Shown here one piece after another: positions 31,766-32,000 of a DNA stretch of 32,000 bases. Under the pieces are notes generated by a model. It made no database searches. It had not been told where the DNA came from and saw only the letters and a list, made by a program, of their open reading frames with translations. Location of the stretch: assembly GCA_004010535.1 (NCBI GenBank), contig RQYE01000009.1, positions 1 to 32,000 on the forward strand, in the 5' to 3' direction. Both the position numbers and the translations under genes were made by a program. This stretch comes from Coriobacteriales bacterium OH1046 (lineage in GTDB: Bacteria > Actinomycetota > Coriobacteriia > Coriobacteriales > Atopobiaceae). The stretch's first letter is position 1. The number at the start of each line of letters is the position of its first letter.

Positions 31766-32000
31766 CTACTTACGTATCGAGTAAAAGCGCTGCGGGTTAT
31801 CGTACATGAATTTATGGCACTGCTCCTCGGAGAAGCCCTCGTCGAGAAGGCGGGGGATGAACTTATCCTTTATCCAGCACCAACCGGGACCATAGCCGTA
31901 GACCGTATGATGAGACTTTTTGCCCATGTCGTTGCAGAGCATGATCTTATCACCATACCCGTCTGCGCAGAGCCTCTTGAGAAGGTCGACGCGAACGGAA
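31766..32000 (-). CDS. Phosphotriesterase-related (PHP/YhfV-like amidohydrolase) protein, C-terminal fragment; gene continues off the right edge
   Basis: The minus frame is open from the window edge: SVRVDLLKRLCADGYGDKIMLCNDMGKKSHHTVYGYGPGWCWIKDKFIPRLLDEGFSEEQCHKFMYDNPQRFYSIRK*. This matches the PTE-family C-terminus (..D......GYGY..I...FIP.L...G.SEE.I..I...NP.R.F). It is not in the ORF track because no start lies in the window. Confidence 0.7.
   Translation of the reverse strand, partial: SVRVDLLKRLCADGYGDKIMLCNDMGKKSHHTVYGYGPGWCWIKDKFIPRLLDEGFSEEQCHKFMYDNPQRFYSIRK

Noticed and set aside
1-32000. CRISPR arrays, tRNA and rRNA genes
   Set aside because: I saw no regularly spaced direct repeats, no GGTTCGAATCC-type T-arm context with matching acceptor stems, and no rRNA-like conserved blocks. 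This is a scan by eye only; tRNAscan-SE, Infernal or a CRISPR finder would be decisive.

Overview
High-GC, densely coding chromosomal segment that looks actinobacterial, possibly Coriobacteriia-like. The taxon call is inference only, from Tat/lipobox lipoproteins, a Cna-B/sortase-type adhesin, and ATGA-coupled or apparently leaderless genes. I support about 34 protein-coding genes and saw no rRNA, tRNA or CRISPR array by eye. Left edge: the tail of an IS1595-family transposase abuts a 3'-truncated msrA. Positions ~470-14700 hold an unusual concentration of S-adenosylmethionine (SAM) genes. These are a Trm9-like methyltransferase divergently paired with a full-length bacterial Elp3 (radical SAM + GNAT); luxS; an alpha/beta hydrolase; an AI-2E-family transporter; a polar amino-acid ABC transporter; mtnN (Pfs); and a COG0523 GTPase followed by three divergent DUF62 (SAM hydroxide adenosyltransferase / fluorinase-chlorinase family) paralogues. 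That DUF62 array is split by a visibly AT-richer, ATGA-coupled two-gene module: an XRE-HTH fused to DUF3990, plus a small partner, with a 34-bp palindrome at its 5' end. This module is my best candidate for an uncharacterised, toxin-antitoxin-like or ART-like system. The rest of the window: DUF1232 protein, unknown membrane protein, deoC, Gfo/Idh/MocA oxidoreductase, a Tat-lipoprotein GH3 glycosidase, a TetR, and a TetR-SRPBCC-methyltransferase operon with a perfect 23-bp operator. Then come a TipA-type MerR with a textbook 19-bp-spacer promoter and a ~900-aa beta-helix/Cna-B adhesin whose sortase signal (IPSTG + TM + basic tail) is out of frame. A ~650-bp gene-free GC-rich stretch follows, then a rhodanese lipoprotein, DUF488, and an AT-richer DUF169 / SorC regulator / phosphotriesterase-like cluster at the right edge. 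All calls rest on reading translations and motifs by eye. No database search or GC computation was run.
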